From Azonexus sp. (lineage in GTDB: Bacteria > Pseudomonadota > Gammaproteobacteria > Burkholderiales > Rhodocyclaceae), in NCBI GenBank assembly GCA_035328505.1, contig DAOLIO010000002.1:1-53212 (forward strand): a DNA stretch of 53,212 bases, given 5' to 3'. The position numbers were made by a program, and so were the translations under genes. The notes below the pieces were generated by a model. The model saw only the letters and a list, made by a program, of their open reading frames with translations, made no database searches and was not told where the DNA came from. This document shows, in pieces, positions 8,662 through 20,887 of this stretch (positions are counted from its first letter, which is position 1; the number at the start of each line of letters is the position of its first letter).

Positions 8662-11600
8662 TGCGGTGTTTGGGGCTGCGTCGCGTAGGTCAGGCACACC
8701 AGGGCGCCTTCGAAATCAAAAGCCGACACGCGTTCTTCGAATTCCCGGTGATTATTGCCCAGCACTTGCCGCAGGCTATCCGCCTGCTGGCGAACCAGTT
8801 CCTGCACGCTGATATCACCTTGCTGCAATTCACGACGCAGACGCTCGACCAGCGCAGCTGTGGCAGCATCGTTGCCTACCTTGAAGCTGGCTTGCGGCGC
8901 CTGACTGATGTGGCTCAACTGATGACGCAAGGATGTGTAGGCATGCGCCACCTGCCCGATCAGCGGTTCGACGACGGACATCGCCTGATTCTCCTTGATG
9001 GCCAGTTCGAGCGCTGCAGCGACGCGGTAGATCTCGTCTGCACCGAGCGTGGCCGAGACGCCTTTGATGTTGTGTGCAAGGCGACGCGCCTCGTCACGCT
9101 GGCCGGAAGCAAGATGGCTGCGTATGCGCTGGAAATCGTCGATGTGGTTTTCCGAAAACTTGGCGAGCAGGCGAAGATAGCTCTCCATGCGGCCACGCAC
9201 AGCCTTCAGACCAAACTGGCTGTTGAGGCCGACCACGTTCGCCAACGCCACGTTGACCTGATTCCCGTCGCTGCCCGGGCTGCGGCTGTGGGGCTTTACC
9301 GGTAGCCAGCGGACTAGTGCATCGAAGAGTACCGTGGGGGTCACCGGTTTGGCGACATGGTCGTTCATGCCGGCGGCGAGACATACGTCGCGATCTTCAT
9401 CGAAGGCGTTCGCCGTCATGGCGATAATGGGAATCTTGCCCCAACCTGGCAGGGTGCGGATTTGCCGGGTGGCTTCCAGTCCATCCATGACTGGCATCTG
9501 CATGTCCATCAGGACCAGGTCGTAATGCTGGCGCCGCGCCATGTCGAGCGCTTCGCGGCCATTTCTCGCCAGATCCATCCGGAGACCGGCCTGCTCCAGC
9601 AGGTCACTGGCGACTTCTGCGTTGATCGCATTGTCCTCGGCGAGCAGGACATGAGCGCCGGGTTGGGGGGCGGAGGCTGCGGGCGTGCTCGGCGTTTCTG
9701 GCGCAAGTGCAGTCGAGCGGGTGAGTCGGGCGGTAAACCAGAAAGTACTGCCTTCACCCAATTGGCTGCTGACGCCGATTTCTCCGCGCATGGCTTCGGC
9801 CAGACGACGGCTGATCGCCAGCCCCAGTCCGGTTCCGCCATAGCGTCGCGTGGTCGAGGTATCGCCCTGCTCGAAGGGGTGGAAGAGTCTCGCCATTTCG
9901 GCGGGGGCAATGCCAATACCGGTGTCGGCAACGTCACAACGGATGACGACTTCACCCGCTTCCTGGACCACCAGGCTGGCATTGACCTTGATGAGGCCGC
10001 GTTCGGTGAATTTGATCGCGTTCGACAGGAAATTGAGCAGGATCTGCTGGACGCGCAGGGGGTCGCCACGCAGCATGGGCGGCAATGCCGGGTCCAGATC
10101 GCAGGTGATGGGCAAGTGCTTGGCGTCAGCGCGGGAGGCAACCAGCTCGCAGGCCGTGGCACAAATGCGGGCGAGCGAAAAATCCGTGTGTTCGAGCTGT
10201 AATTTGTCAGCCTCGATCTTCGAAATGTCCAGCACGTCGTTGATGATGGTCATCAGGTGCTGTGCGGCATCCGCAACCTTGCCCAGGCGCTCGCGCTGTT
10301 CGGGGCTGTCGGCGTTGCGCTGGGCGAGGTGAGTCAGACCGATAATGGCATTCATCGGCGTCCGGATTTCATGGCTCATGTTGGCCAGGAAAGCGCTCTT
10401 GGCACGGCTGGCCGATTCCGCCTCATCCTTGGCCAGGATCAGTTCCTCGGTCCGCTCAGCGACGACTGCTTCGAGGTGGTGGCGATAGTTGTCCAGCTCG
10501 GACTGGATACGCTTCTTCTCGCTGATGTCTTCCTCAATGGCGAGATAGTGCGTGATCTGCCCGTCGGCCTGGCGGACCGGCGAAATAATGGCGAATTCCG
10601 GGAAGGTGGAACCATCCTTGCGGCGGTTCAGAAATTCTCCCCGCCAGGTTTCACCGCGGGCGAGGGTGGCCCACATGTCGGCATAGGTCTCGGCGGGTGT
10701 CTGGTGCGAACTCATCATGTTCGGGTTGGCCCCGATGACTTCCTCGCGCTGATAGCCGCTGCTGCGAACAAAGGCGTCGTTAACGTACTCGATTTCTGCG
10801 CGGGTATTGGTGATGACGACGCTGTGTGGCGTCTGTTCGATGGCCAGCGACAGTTTGCGCAATTGCTCTTCGGACTCGCGACGTTCGGTAATGTCCTGCA
10901 CGGTGCCGACCGCGAAAACCGGCTGGCCTGCGTGGTCAAATCGGATGTGAGCCCGTTCGCGTACCCACCGCACTTTTTGATCAACGTAGATGCGATGTTC
11001 GCTGTCGTAGGGCTGGCCTTGCAAGGCTGCCTGCCAGTCGGCCAGGACCCGCGCGCGATCGTCGGTGTGGATGCGTTCCAGAAAGTCCGCCAATTTCAGG
11101 GTGTGATCGTTGTCCAGGCCGAATATCCGGAAGACTTCGTCGCTCCACTGCAGATGGTCGGCAGCAATATCCAGCGTCCAGCTGCCAAAATGCGCAACCG
11201 CCTGCGCTTCCTTGAGGTCGGCTTCACTTTGGCGGAGACGTTGTTCGAACTGTTTGCGTTCGGTGATGTCCTGGCTGGTGCCGAACAATCGGCTGACCCG
11301 ACCATCAGGGCCGGTAATCAGTTGCCCGACACTGTGGATCCAGCGCACCTCGCCATCATTGCGGCGAATCAGGCGATACTCGTTGTCAAAGGCTTGTCGG
11401 CCCCGAAAGACATGATCTCTTGAGTAAGTGCTCATGCGCTCGCGGTCGCCTGGGTGGATCAAGGCGCGCCAGGTGTCGGTATCTATTTTTTCGTCGGGAT
11501 CGATGCCAAATAATTCGTTGTGCATCGGCGAACCGGTCAGGGTATCCGTCTGGGGGTCGAACGTGAAGTGGCCCAGGCGGGCCAGACGCTGTGCCTGAAG

Positions 11601-13355
11601 CAGAATGTTCTCGCTTCTGGCTAATCTTTCGCGGGAGCGTTGCATGCTCAAGCCGAGACCGATTTCGCCCGACAGGTTGGCAAGCAGCGCGAGTTCGTCG
11701 TCGTCGAAGGGGTCGATCTTTTGTGAATAGAGACTCAGGGCGCCGATGACATGGCCGTCTACCCGGAGTGGCAGCGAGATCGACGATCGGTAGCCGTGTG
11801 CTTGCGCTGCGATGCGCCATGGGGCAAATGACGGATCGCGTTCGATGTCACGGATGATGGCCGGAACGCCGGAGCGGATCGCGCGGCCCGTCGGTCCCTG
11901 ACCATTGGGGACATCGTCCCAGGAGATGGCGAGATCGGTGAGGTAGTTGTCAACAAATCCGGATTCGGCCACCGGGATGACGGATTTATCGGCGTCATGC
12001 GAGGCTTCTCCCACCCAGGCCATCAAGTAGTCGCCTACTTCAACGGCGACCGTGCAGACCTCGGCCAGCATTTCTTTTTCGTCGGTATGGCGGACGAGCG
12101 CCTGGGCGATGCCGCTCATCAGGCGCAATGCGCGATTCTGGCGGGTGATCTGCTGGCGGGAAATCTGGCGTTCCGAGATATCGTTGAGAATGCCTGTCGT
12201 GACTTTCGGGCTGCCATCCGCCTTGCTTTCGGTTACGCAGCTGCGATCCTCGACCCAGATCCAGTGTCCATCGGCATGACGCACGCGATAGTCGATTACG
12301 TGAAATTCTGTTTTGGGCCCGTTTTTCGGGTTGACCGCAAGACTCAGCAAATGGCGGTCATCGGGGTGAATTCTTGCCGCCCACGCGGCACGCGTGCCGG
12401 GTGCATCCGCCGAATTGCAGTTGAGCAGGGTGATCAGGCCCTGGCTGATGATCAGTCGATCAGTTTCATGATGGTATTCCCAACTCCCTGAGCCGCCAAC
12501 GTCGACGGCCAGTTGCAGTTGGGTTTCAAGGCGCAGGCGGTCGCGTTCCTGCTGCGTCTGTCGCAAGGCATTTTCCAGGCGTTCCGTCGCCAGCTGCTCG
12601 AACAGGCGACGCTGGCTGATGACCCCGACGATTCGGCCATCGTGGTCAAGGACCGCCATATGCCGCATGCGATAGTGATTCATGGCCTCCAGCGCGGAGG
12701 TCAGTGGGGTTTCAAGATTGACGCTGCGCACCGGGGTGCTCATGGTTTCCCGCAGCGTGATGTCATGCGGCTGCGGGTAGGTCTTGATCAGGCGCGGGAT
12801 GTCGCGCTCGGTGATGATGCCGACGGCTTTGTCGGCTTCGCAGACAATCAGGTAGTCGGCTGCGTGCTTGACCATGGTGGCGATGGCGTCACCCAGCGTC
12901 GCTTCCGGCATGAGATTGGGGATTTTGCGATCCATGATGCCCTCCAGCGTCCGCAAGTGCCGGAAGGCGGCCGAGTCGAGGTGCATGCGAAAATCCGTGT
13001 CGCTGACGATGCCTGCCACCTGACCGGCGATGTCCGCGACCACGAGGTGTCGGATGCCGTGAGTTTCCAGCAAGTTGCGGGCGCTGAGCAGGTCCAGATG
13101 CGGCGGCGCCATGATGAGCGGTGTCGACATGATCGCATCAAGCCGAACATCGCCCGGCTGGCGCGCGTGCAGGGCACGCAGGATATTGCTTTCGGTGATG
13201 ATGCCCAGCGCCTTGCCATCCAGCATGATGAGCAGGCTGGAAATATGTTCGTCAGCCATCAGGCGGGCTGCTTCCAGCAGCGTTGCCTGCGGCGGCAGAC
13301 TGCACACCTCGCAAGTCATGATGTCGTGCAGTGTGCTTGCCGGGCTGGCGGTCAT
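8658..13355 (-). CDS. Soluble hybrid histidine kinase: 4xCBS-PAS-GAF-3xPAS-HisKA-HATPase-REC-HPt
   Basis: CBS motifs [24 protein letters not shown] and GVISQRRL; H-box [14 protein letters not shown]; [10 protein letters not shown]; DTGIG; GGTGLGL; REC LMDMQMP; HPt AHNIKG. No obvious TM helix. Confidence 0.9.
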   Translation of the reverse strand: MTASPASTLHDIMTCEVCSLPPQATLLEAARLMADEHISSLLIMLDGKALGIITESNILRALHARQPGDVRLDAIMSTPLIMAPPHLDLLSARNLLETHGIRHLVVADIAGQVAGIVSDTDFRMHLDSAAFRHLRTLEGIMDRKIPNLMPEATLGDAIATMVKHAADYLIVCEADKAVGIITERDIPRLIKTYPQPHDITLRETMSTPVRSVNLETPLTSALEAMNHYRMRHMAVLDHDGRIVGVISQRRLFEQLATERLENALRQTQQERDRLRLETQLQLAVDVGGSGSWEYHHETDRLIISQGLITLLNCNSADAPGTRAAWAARIHPDDRHLLSLAVNPKNGPKTEFHVIDYRVRHADGHWIWVEDRSCVTESKADGSPKVTTGILNDISERQISRQQITRQNRALRLMSGIAQALVRHTDEKEMLAEVCTVAVEVGDYLMAWVGEASHDADKSVIPVAESGFVDNYLTDLAISWDDVPNGQGPTGRAIRSGVPAIIRDIERDPSFAPWRIAAQAHGYRSSISLPLRVDGHVIGALSLYSQKIDPFDDDELALLANLSGEIGLGLSMQRSRERLARSENILLQAQRLARLGHFTFDPQTDTLTGSPMHNELFGIDPDEKIDTDTWRALIHPGDRERMSTYSRDHVFRGRQAFDNEYRLIRRNDGEVRWIHSVGQLITGPDGRVSRLFGTSQDITERKQFEQRLRQSEADLKEAQAVAHFGSWTLDIAADHLQWSDEVFRIFGLDNDHTLKLADFLERIHTDDRARVLADWQAALQGQPYDSEHRIYVDQKVRWVRERAHIRFDHAGQPVFAVGTVQDITERRESEEQLRKLSLAIEQTPHSVVITNTRAEIEYVNDAFVRSSGYQREEVIGANPNMMSSHQTPAETYADMWATLARGETWRGEFLNRRKDGSTFPEFAIISPVRQADGQITHYLAIEEDISEKKRIQSELDNYRHHLEAVVAERTEELILAKDEAESASRAKSAFLANMSHEIRTPMNAIIGLTHLAQRNADSPEQRERLGKVADAAQHLMTIINDVLDISKIEADKLQLEHTDFSLARICATACELVASRADAKHLPITCDLDPALPPMLRGDPLRVQQILLNFLSNAIKFTERGLIKVNASLVVQEAGEVVIRCDVADTGIGIAPAEMARLFHPFEQGDTSTTRRYGGTGLGLAISRRLAEAMRGEIGVSSQLGEGSTFWFTARLTRSTALAPETPSTPAASAPQPGAHVLLAEDNAINAEVASDLLEQAGLRMDLARNGREALDMARRQHYDLVLMDMQMPVMDGLEATRQIRTLPGWGKIPIIAMTANAFDEDRDVCLAAGMNDHVAKPVTPTVLFDALVRWLPVKPHSRSPGSDGNQVNVALANVVGLNSQFGLKAVRGRMESYLRLLAKFSENHIDDFQRIRSHLASGQRDEARRLAHNIKGVSATLGADEIYRVAAALELAIKENQAMSVVEPLIGQVAHAYTSLRHQLSHISQAPQASFKVGNDAATAALVERLRRELQQGDISVQELVRQQADSLRQVLGNNHREFEERVSAFDFEGALVCLTYATQPQTPH

Positions 13356-16300
13356 GAGGGATGGGTCTCCGTTACATCCAGAATCTGCGCGAGGCCGATT
13401 TCAGTTTCCTGCATCTGATTGGAAAGCGCGTTCTGCAGCCGGGAAATTTCTGGCGTGGTGGCCGGACCCTTCAGGGCATCATCGAGTGCAAGTGCCGCCT
13501 GATAAATGCCCGTCAGCCCCAGGGTGCCAGAAACGCCTTTCAGGGCGTGGGTAATCTGTTTGGCATCCGGAATGGCATGGTTGGCCAAGGCAGCATTGAT
13601 TTTGAGATGGTCATCACCGTGCGTCGTCACAAAAACACCGAGCAGCCGCAAGTAGCTGGGCAGCTTGCCGCGCAGGGTATGCAGGCCGCGGGTGGCATCC
13701 AGACCGGGAACGTTCCTGAGGGCTTCGAAGGTGTCTTCCCGGGCCTGGTCCGGCGACGGCGCTGGCGTTGGCGGTGTTGGCAGCTTCGGCAAACTCGTGG
13801 TGTCGTTATCGATCCGGGTCGGTGCCAGCCACTTGATCAGTGCCGAGTAAAGATTTCCGGGGTTGACCGGCTTGGCGACGTGGTCGTTCATGCCTGCATC
13901 CAGGCAGCATTGGCGGTCTTCGCCAAATGCATTGGCCGTCATGGCCAGTATCGGAATGCGCTGGCCTCGTGCAGTCTGCCGAATGAGGCGGGTCGCGGTT
14001 ATACCGTCCATGACCGGCATCTGGATGTCCATCAGGATCAGGTTGTAAGGGGTATTGCTGGCCATTTCGACGGCTTTTTCCCCGTTGACGGCAAGATCCA
14101 CCTGCAAACCGACGCCGCGCAGCAATTCGAGTGCAACCTCCTGGTTGATCGTATTGTCTTCGACGAGCAGGATGCGCGCCTTGGCATGTCGTGTGCTCAG
14201 CAAGCGCTCGGCTTCGTCGGCACGCACTGGTGCCGCACTGTCGTCGACCACGCTGCTGCCGGGCTGCAGGCGGGCGGTGAACCAGAAGGTGCTGCCTTGG
14301 CCGGGCTGGCTGATCAGTCCCGTATCGCCGCCCATCAATTTGGCCAGGCGCTGGGCGATGGCAAGCCCTAGACCGGTGCCACCAAAACGTCGCGTCGTCG
14401 AATTATCTGCCTGCTCAAAGGCACCAAACAGACGGGACTGGTGTTCCGGGGCAATGCCGATTCCGGTGTCCGTTACGGCAAAGCGCACGAACAACGCATT
14501 CGCATCGGCAGAGACCAGTCTTACCGACAACGAGATGCTGCCGAACTCCGTGAATTTGACCGCGTTGGAGAGGTAATTGAGCAGAATCTGGCCAATTCTT
14601 AACGGGTCGCCGTGCAGGATCAGCGGCAGGGCCGGGTCGATTTCGCGATGAAACTTGAGGCCTCGTGAATGCATGCGGTCGAGGATCAGTTCGCTGGTGT
14701 TGTCGAGAACGCTGGAGAGTTGAAAATCGACGGGCTGAAGCTCCAGCTTGCCGGCTTCAATTTTGGAAATGTCGAGAATCTGGTTGATGATCGACAGCAA
14801 ATGGTGGGCTGCATCCGAGACCTTGCGCAGGCGGCCGAGTTGTTCGTCATCAAGCGTGTGGCGTTCGGCCAGATGGGTGAGTCCGATGATGGCGTTCATC
14901 GGGGTACGGATTTCATGGCTCATATTGGCCAGGAAAGCACTTTTTGCCCGGCTGGCCAGCTCGGCAGCATCCTTGGCAGCTTCGAGTTCGGCGGTTCTGG
15001 CCTCGACCAGTTCTTCGAGATGGTGGCGATACTGGTTGAGCTCTGCCGCAGATTGCTTGGCTTCTGTAATGTCCTGCCAGATGCCGCTGTACATCCGTTT
15101 GCCGGCAACATTAACGAGCGCTGCGGCGATGCGTGCTTCCTGGATACTGCCATCCTTGCGATAGTGCTGGGTTTCGAAGACGGCGCTGCCGTTTGCCACG
15201 ATGCGGTTCATTTGCCGATTGAATTCTGCCTCGGTCATGCTGGCCTGGATGTCAGGCAGTCGCATTCCGGAAAACTCTGCTCGGGTATAACCCAATCCGC
15301 GCAGGCCGGCATCGTTGATCTCGATGAATTTGAGTGATTCCGGGTCGACCAGGCAAATGCCGTCTTCGGCATTGCTGACAATGCTGCGGTAGATTTCTTC
15401 GCGTTCTGCCAGTGCTCGTTCCGCCGCCTTGCGTTCGGAGATATCGACGATAAACGTGACAAGATGCGGTACGCCATCCAGCTGGACCGTATCGGCAGAC
15501 AGGTTGATTTCCCGCTGTCGACCGTCTTGCCCGACGCCAATGCTCGGGAAATTCATGATTCGGCCATCGCGGTGCAGTAAATCAAGCATTTTTGCGCGAT
15601 CGTCGCTGCTTCCCCACAAGCCAGCTTCGAGGGTGGTCTTGCCGATCAGCTCATCACGCTTCCAGCCATATTCAATCGTCAGCCGTTCATTGACGTCCAC
15701 GACCATGCCATCGCTCACGCGTGTGATGCAGGCGGCAACCGGTGCGGCACGGAAGGCAATGGCCAACCGTTCCTGCAGTTGGTGAATTTGTTCCAGCGCG
15801 TGTTGCCGCTCGGATATGTCGAGGATGAACGCCAGCACGTAAGGCTTGCCGCTGAGATGAATAATCTCGGCTGAAAGACTGATCTGTATCAAGCTGCCGT
15901 CGCGCTTGCGCCATTGGGTCTGATAATCCTGCAGTAGACCGCTTTGCTTTAATTTGTCGCGCCAGATATCGCGAGCTTCAGCATTGACCCATAAATCCAG
16001 ATCTTTGGATCGCTTTCCGATCAGGTCTTCGCGTGTCCAGCCAAGAAGTTCCTGGTATCGGGGATTGATATCGAGATAAAGGCCGTCGTCAACGGTGGTG
16101 AGCGAAATGCCGGCCGGGCTGCCATTGAAGGCAACTGCAAAGCGCTCCTGTAATTCGTGAGTCTGCGTAATATTTCGTCCGATACCGAGGACGCCGATCA
16201 ATTGCCCGTTGCTGTCACGCATGGGGGCCTTGATGGTGTGCAAGAGCTCGCGGTGGCCGTCGCTGGCAAATGTCACCCATTCTTCATTGCTGCGAGGTGC

Positions 16301-16798
16301 GTCTGCTGCCAGTGCGGCTTGATCATTCTTGCGAAAGAATTCGGCGATTTCCGGTTCAGTAAAATCGAAGTCGGTTTTGCCGCGAATGTCGGCTTCTCGG
16401 GCGCCAAAAAATTGTTCGAAGCGCGGATTGCAACTCAGGTATATCCCATCAGGGTCTTTTAGCCAGATCAGGTCGGGGATCGTGTCGACCAGTGTTCGAA
16501 GCTGAATACGTTCCTGTTCAACCAGTACTTTTGCCTCTTCGGCTGCATCGCGACGCATAGTGCTTTCGCGCAGCAGCCGATAGAGCAGCACTGACAGCAG
16601 GGCGGCGGTGACGGCGATGAACAGCCAGCCCTTGAGCATGCTGAAGGCTAGGCGCGCGTCATTGTCGGCGACAAGGTAGCCCAGCAACTGGTCGGAAATC
16701 AGAATCCAGAGGGCGGCCAGTGCAATATAGGGCAGAACAACCTGGGCGACGGCCTGGTATATTTCCTTGTTCCGGATCAGTGGGGTGTTTCTGCGCAT
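13352..16798 (-). CDS. Membrane-anchored hybrid histidine kinase: 2TM-4xPAS-HisKA-HATPase-REC-HPt
   Basis: N-terminal [13 protein letters not shown]...[12 protein letters not shown] pair, four PAS/PAC repeats, H-box [24 protein letters not shown], HPt THALKG. Confidence 0.9.
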   Translation of the reverse strand: MRRNTPLIRNKEIYQAVAQVVLPYIALAALWILISDQLLGYLVADNDARLAFSMLKGWLFIAVTAALLSVLLYRLLRESTMRRDAAEEAKVLVEQERIQLRTLVDTIPDLIWLKDPDGIYLSCNPRFEQFFGAREADIRGKTDFDFTEPEIAEFFRKNDQAALAADAPRSNEEWVTFASDGHRELLHTIKAPMRDSNGQLIGVLGIGRNITQTHELQERFAVAFNGSPAGISLTTVDDGLYLDINPRYQELLGWTREDLIGKRSKDLDLWVNAEARDIWRDKLKQSGLLQDYQTQWRKRDGSLIQISLSAEIIHLSGKPYVLAFILDISERQHALEQIHQLQERLAIAFRAAPVAACITRVSDGMVVDVNERLTIEYGWKRDELIGKTTLEAGLWGSSDDRAKMLDLLHRDGRIMNFPSIGVGQDGRQREINLSADTVQLDGVPHLVTFIVDISERKAAERALAEREEIYRSIVSNAEDGICLVDPESLKFIEINDAGLRGLGYTRAEFSGMRLPDIQASMTEAEFNRQMNRIVANGSAVFETQHYRKDGSIQEARIAAALVNVAGKRMYSGIWQDITEAKQSAAELNQYRHHLEELVEARTAELEAAKDAAELASRAKSAFLANMSHEIRTPMNAIIGLTHLAERHTLDDEQLGRLRKVSDAAHHLLSIINQILDISKIEAGKLELQPVDFQLSSVLDNTSELILDRMHSRGLKFHREIDPALPLILHGDPLRIGQILLNYLSNAVKFTEFGSISLSVRLVSADANALFVRFAVTDTGIGIAPEHQSRLFGAFEQADNSTTRRFGGTGLGLAIAQRLAKLMGGDTGLISQPGQGSTFWFTARLQPGSSVVDDSAAPVRADEAERLLSTRHAKARILLVEDNTINQEVALELLRGVGLQVDLAVNGEKAVEMASNTPYNLILMDIQMPVMDGITATRLIRQTARGQRIPILAMTANAFGEDRQCCLDAGMNDHVAKPVNPGNLYSALIKWLAPTRIDNDTTSLPKLPTPPTPAPSPDQAREDTFEALRNVPGLDATRGLHTLRGKLPSYLRLLGVFVTTHGDDHLKINAALANHAIPDAKQITHALKGVSGTLGLTGIYQAALALDDALKGPATTPEISRLQNALSNQMQETEIGLAQILDVTETHPS

Positions 16799-16801
16799 TG
16801 A

Positions 16802-17887
16802 CTATTCGGCGTAGGTTTTGGCGATGGTCACGAAGGTGTCGAAGTCCCTGATGAAGAATTCGACGACGTCCGGGTCGAAATGTGCGCCACTGCCTTCGAC
16901 GATGATGTTGAAGGCGCGCTCGAAGGAAAAGGCATCTTTGTAAACGCGTTTGCAGGTCAGGGCATCGAATACGTCAGCGAGGGCCATCAGGCGGGCGGCA
17001 ATCGGGATGGCGTCGCCAACCAGACCGTCAGGGTAGCCGCTGCCATCCCATTTTTCGTGATGGGAGCGGGCAATCATCTTGGCCATGGAGAGAAACTCGA
17101 CCGGCTTCTCGGCATCGGCTTCAGCTTGGGCAATCGCATTGCTGCCGAGCACGGTATGGGTTTTCATGATGACCCATTCTTCCGGGGTCAGCTTTCCTGG
17201 TTTGAGGAGGATGTGGTCGGGAATGCCAACTTTTCCAACGTCATGCAGGGGGGCGGATTGGGCCAGTGCGTTGATTGTCCGTTCATCAAGGTATTGGGAA
17301 AATCTTGGGTGCTTTTGCAAACCTTTGGCGAGCGTCCGGACATATTCCTGAGTTCGACGCAGGTGCTTGCCGGTTTCCGGGTCTCGAATTTCCGCCAGTC
17401 GTGCCAGGGCGTGAATGCTGACTTCCTGAATCAACTGATTTTCACTCATCCGGCGCGCCACTTCAGCTTCCAGATAAACGTTCTGGTCACTCAGGATGTC
17501 TCGTGCCTGTTTGAGTTCGAGCTGCGTACGAATACGGGCCAGCACGATGCTGGGACGGATGGGCTTGGTGATGTAGTCGACCGCGCCGCGGTCCAGGCCA
17601 CGTTCTTCGTCGTCGGTGCCATCCATGGCGGTGACAAAAATGACCGGTATGTTTCTGGTGGCGGGCGATGCGCGCAATTCTTCGAGCACATCGTAGCCAT
17701 CCATTTCCGGCATCATCACATCGAGGAGAATGAGGTCCGGATGTGGGGCAGAGAGTGCAATCTGCAAGGCTCGTCGCCCGGAGTTTGCCGCCCTGACCCG
17801 ATAAGCGGGTTGTAACAACTCACCCAGCACCGTCAGGTTCTCCGGGGTGTCGTCCACAATCAGGATGGTTGGCTGGCTTTCGCCCAT
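16802..17887 (-). CDS. REC-HD-GYP response regulator (RpfG-like c-di-GMP phosphodiesterase)
   Basis: ILIVDD...LLDVMMP receiver; RDPETGKH, LHDVGK, HHEKWDGSGYP and ADVFDAL. ATG at 17887 follows GGAG (ORF track extends to 17944). Confidence 0.92.
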   Translation of the reverse strand: MGESQPTILIVDDTPENLTVLGELLQPAYRVRAANSGRRALQIALSAPHPDLILLDVMMPEMDGYDVLEELRASPATRNIPVIFVTAMDGTDDEERGLDRGAVDYITKPIRPSIVLARIRTQLELKQARDILSDQNVYLEAEVARRMSENQLIQEVSIHALARLAEIRDPETGKHLRRTQEYVRTLAKGLQKHPRFSQYLDERTINALAQSAPLHDVGKVGIPDHILLKPGKLTPEEWVIMKTHTVLGSNAIAQAEADAEKPVEFLSMAKMIARSHHEKWDGSGYPDGLVGDAIPIAARLMALADVFDALTCKRVYKDAFSFERAFNIIVEGSGAHFDPDVVEFFIRDFDTFVTIAKTYAE

Positions 17888-17998
17888 TGTCTGTCTCCAA
17901 TCGCCAAGGCATGGCGAATTTCTCACAATTATCACCTTTTGCAATGAAAATTGCTATCGTGAAAAATACGTGCGAACCGGCAGGAGTCCTTGCCGGGG

Positions 17999-18871
17999 TT
18001 AGCCTTGGGTGGCGCGTTGGGTCCCGACAATCCGGTGATAGGTCAAAAATCGTGATTTATCGATTTTTTTGGCGTCGACCGCAGCAATCAAGGCGCAGTC
18101 GGGTTCGCGATTGTGCAGACAGTCGCGGAAGCGGCATTGACCATGGAAGGGTCGAAATTCGGGGAAGGCATTTTCGATTTCCTGGCGGTCAAGATGGCCG
18201 AGACCAAATTCCTGCAAGCCGGGAGAGTCAATCAGGTGACTGTCGGCATCAAGATGGTAGAGCGTGGCATGTGTCGTGGTGTGCTTGCCGGAGTCTAGCG
18301 CCAGCGATATTTCGCGGGTGGCGGCCTTGGCATCCGGTAACAGGGCATTGACCAGTGTCGATTTTCCCATGCCGGATTGTCCGACCAGGACACTGGTTCG
18401 ATTGGCGAGATGAGGGCGCAGGTCTTCAGCATGTTCGAGTGCGGAAAGTTCCAGTACGCGGTAGCCGAGCCCGACAAGAACCGCCAGTCGCTGACGGGCC
18501 GCGCCTAGTTTGTCAGTCAGGTCGCATTTGTTGAGGACGATCAGCGGCTCTATTTCCTCACTCTCTGCGGCAACCAGCGCGCGGGCGATGAGTTCATCGG
18601 AAAAGGCTGGCTCGGTGGCAACGACGATGATGAGTTGATCGACGTTGGCAGCGATCAGCTTCTGGCGGATTTCGTTGGAACGATAGAGCAGGCTGCTCCG
18701 CGGCTGGATCGCTTCGATAACGCCCTGATCATCCGAGGTTTGCTTGATATCGACCCGGTCGCCACAGGCGATCTCGCTTTTTTTGCCGCGGGGAAAACAG
18801 GGGAGTCGCGATCCGTCGGCAAGTTCAACGACGTATTGGCGGCCATGGGCAGCGATGACGCGACCTTCCAT
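17999..18871 (-). CDS. rsgA: Ribosome small subunit-dependent GTPase A
   Basis: Circularly permuted GTPase: NKCD, GQSGMGKST, GKHTTT and DSPG, plus Zn motif CRFRDCLH...C. Confidence 0.95.
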   Translation of the reverse strand: MEGRVIAAHGRQYVVELADGSRLPCFPRGKKSEIACGDRVDIKQTSDDQGVIEAIQPRSSLLYRSNEIRQKLIAANVDQLIIVVATEPAFSDELIARALVAAESEEIEPLIVLNKCDLTDKLGAARQRLAVLVGLGYRVLELSALEHAEDLRPHLANRTSVLVGQSGMGKSTLVNALLPDAKAATREISLALDSGKHTTTHATLYHLDADSHLIDSPGLQEFGLGHLDRQEIENAFPEFRPFHGQCRFRDCLHNREPDCALIAAVDAKKIDKSRFLTYHRIVGTQRATQG

Positions 18872-18966
18872 TGTTCAGTCCTTGAGATGTGGGTACGGGT
18901 CTGGCGAAATCGCTGTGTCGACATTCAGGATCGCGTTGGCTGCATCCACATGCCAACAGATTTTCC

Positions 18967-20217
18967 TCACGCCGGTTTGTCCAGTAGTTGCAGGCGGGCA
19001 ATGCGCTGGGCGGCAGGGGGGTGAGAGTCGTGGAAAAGTGAATGCAAGGGATCCGGTGTCAGCGTTGAGGCGTTGTCCTGATAGAGCTTGACCAGCGCGT
19101 GGACAAGATCCGAGGCTTGGGCGTGCTCCGCGGCATAGGCGTCGGCTTCGAATTCGTGACGCCGTGACAGATAGCTCTTGAGTGGGCTGAATGGTAAGGT
19201 GAAGATCGGCATGACCAGGAAAAATAAAATCAGCGCCAGCACCGTGCTGTGTGCTGCAACGCCCAGGCCAGCATAAAACCATGGCGCGTCAATCAGTTGG
19301 TCGAGCAACCAGAGAAAGCCGAGTGACATGGCAAACATCAGCGCCATGTGCTTGACGACATGCCTTTTGCGAAAATGGCCGAGCTCATGCGCCAGTACCG
19401 CCTCGATCTCAGGTCCTTCCAGGCGCGAGAGCAGGGTGTCGAAGAAAACAATGCGTTTGTTGTTGCCGAAGCCGGTGAAGTAGGCATTGCCATGACTGGA
19501 ACGCTTTGAGCCATCCATGACGAAAAGCCCGGAAGAACGAAAGCCGCAGCGGGTGAGCAGGGCTTCGATGCGCGATTTCATGTCGCCATCTTCGAGCGGG
19601 GAGAACTTGTTGAACAGTGGCGCGATCCATGTCGGATACACAAACATGATGAGTAGATTGAAGGCACTCCAGAATAACCAGACATGGAACCACCAGTATT
19701 GCCCCATGGCGCCCATCAGCCATAGCACGGCGAGGATCACCGGCGCACCGATGGCGACTCCGAGCAGCGTTTGCTTGATCAGGTCGGAGAAAAACAGGCC
19801 AAGCGTCATCCGGTTGAAGCCGTGGCGAGCTTCGATGACGAACTGCTTGTAGAGCGACAGCGGCAGGTCGATCAGGCCGGAAATTGCCAAAACGCTGAAG
19901 ATCATGGCCAAGCCATAGGACAGCCCGTCCAGGCGTGGTGACCAGAATTCGTGCAGGGCGGTGAGGCCGCCGCCGAGCGTCAGTGCCAGGAGCAGCCCGG
20001 CTTCAACCAGAATGTCGAAAACGGCCATCTTGCATCGGGCTATCGTGTAGTCGGCCGCTTTTTGGTGGGACGGCAAATCGATGCGTTCTGCGAAGCTGGC
20101 GGGCACAGCCGCGCGGTGCGAGGTGACAAATGCAATGTGGCGCCACTTTAGCCAGAGTCGAATGGCGACGGTCAACACGAAAAAAGCGAGAAAAACAGAA
20201 GTGAAATCGGAGGTCAC
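18967..20217 (-). CDS. M48-family (Ste24-like) membrane metallopeptidase
   Basis: Multiple TMs, [20 protein letters not shown] Zn motif, EFEAD and SHP. Confidence 0.93.
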   Translation of the reverse strand: MTSDFTSVFLAFFVLTVAIRLWLKWRHIAFVTSHRAAVPASFAERIDLPSHQKAADYTIARCKMAVFDILVEAGLLLALTLGGGLTALHEFWSPRLDGLSYGLAMIFSVLAISGLIDLPLSLYKQFVIEARHGFNRMTLGLFFSDLIKQTLLGVAIGAPVILAVLWLMGAMGQYWWFHVWLFWSAFNLLIMFVYPTWIAPLFNKFSPLEDGDMKSRIEALLTRCGFRSSGLFVMDGSKRSSHGNAYFTGFGNNKRIVFFDTLLSRLEGPEIEAVLAHELGHFRKRHVVKHMALMFAMSLGFLWLLDQLIDAPWFYAGLGVAAHSTVLALILFFLVMPIFTLPFSPLKSYLSRRHEFEADAYAAEHAQASDLVHALVKLYQDNASTLTPDPLHSLFHDSHPPAAQRIARLQLLDKPA

Positions 20218-20273
20218 GAATAAGGAGCCAAAGCTGTGCGAAAATCGCGGTTTTCAAGGATTCGGGCAATTAT

Positions 20274-20819
20274 ATGGCAGGCAACGCAAACAACCTCGTC
20301 TGGCTGGATATGGAGATGACCGGTTTGAACCCGGACGGTGATCGCATCATCGAAATGGCCATGGTCGTCACTAATTCCGAACTGGAAATGGTTGCTGAAT
20401 CACCGGCCTGGGTGGTCCATCAATCCGACGAAATCCTCGCTGGTATGGACGACTGGAATCAGAAAACGCATGGTCGTTCCGGCCTGATCGACAAGGTCAA
20501 GGCTTCGTCCATGGATGAGGCTGCTGTCGAAGTACAGGCACTGGAGTTTCTGAAGAAATACTCCCTGGCCGGCCATTCACCGATGTGTGGTAATTCCATC
20601 GGCCAGGACCGCCGTTTCATGGCGCGTTACATGCCGACGCTCGAAACGTTTTTTCATTACCGGAATCTTGATGTCAGCACCTTGAAAGAACTGTGCAAGC
20701 GCTGGCAGCCCGAGATCTACAAAGGTTTCAGGAAAAAGAGCAAGCACACTGCGCTGGCGGATATTTACGAATCAATTGACGAAATGAAATACTACCGTGC
20801 GAACTTCCTGAAAGGATAA
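20274..20819 (+). CDS. orn: Oligoribonuclease
   Basis: [33 protein letters not shown] and HTALADI (DEDDh). Confidence 0.97.
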   Translation: MAGNANNLVWLDMEMTGLNPDGDRIIEMAMVVTNSELEMVAESPAWVVHQSDEILAGMDDWNQKTHGRSGLIDKVKASSMDEAAVEVQALEFLKKYSLAGHSPMCGNSIGQDRRFMARYMPTLETFFHYRNLDVSTLKELCKRWQPEIYKGFRKKSKHTALADIYESIDEMKYYRANFLKG

Positions 20820-20821
20820 GC

Positions 20822-20864
20822 GAAAAGCAGTTGAGGTGCCTCGATGCAGGTACCTGAACTTTTC
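20822..20864. terminator. Imperfect hairpin between convergent orn and glycosyltransferase genes
   Basis: AGTTGAGGTGCCT-CGATGC-AGGTACCTGAACT (2 mismatches), flanked by GAAAA and TTTC. Confidence 0.4.
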
Positions 20865-20887
20865 AGCCTGTTCATCAAGTAGGCATT

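Noticed and set aside
18872-18966. Possible remnant of a small gene between M48 peptidase and rsgA
   Set aside because: Only 95 bp with no convincing homology by eye; a short GTTGGC/GCCAAC inverted repeat is all that is visible.
16802-20819. Functional link between the HD-GYP gene and orn (pGpG degradation)
   Set aside because: orn-M48-rsgA is a common conserved block; proximity is explained by the cassette sitting downstream of rsgA.
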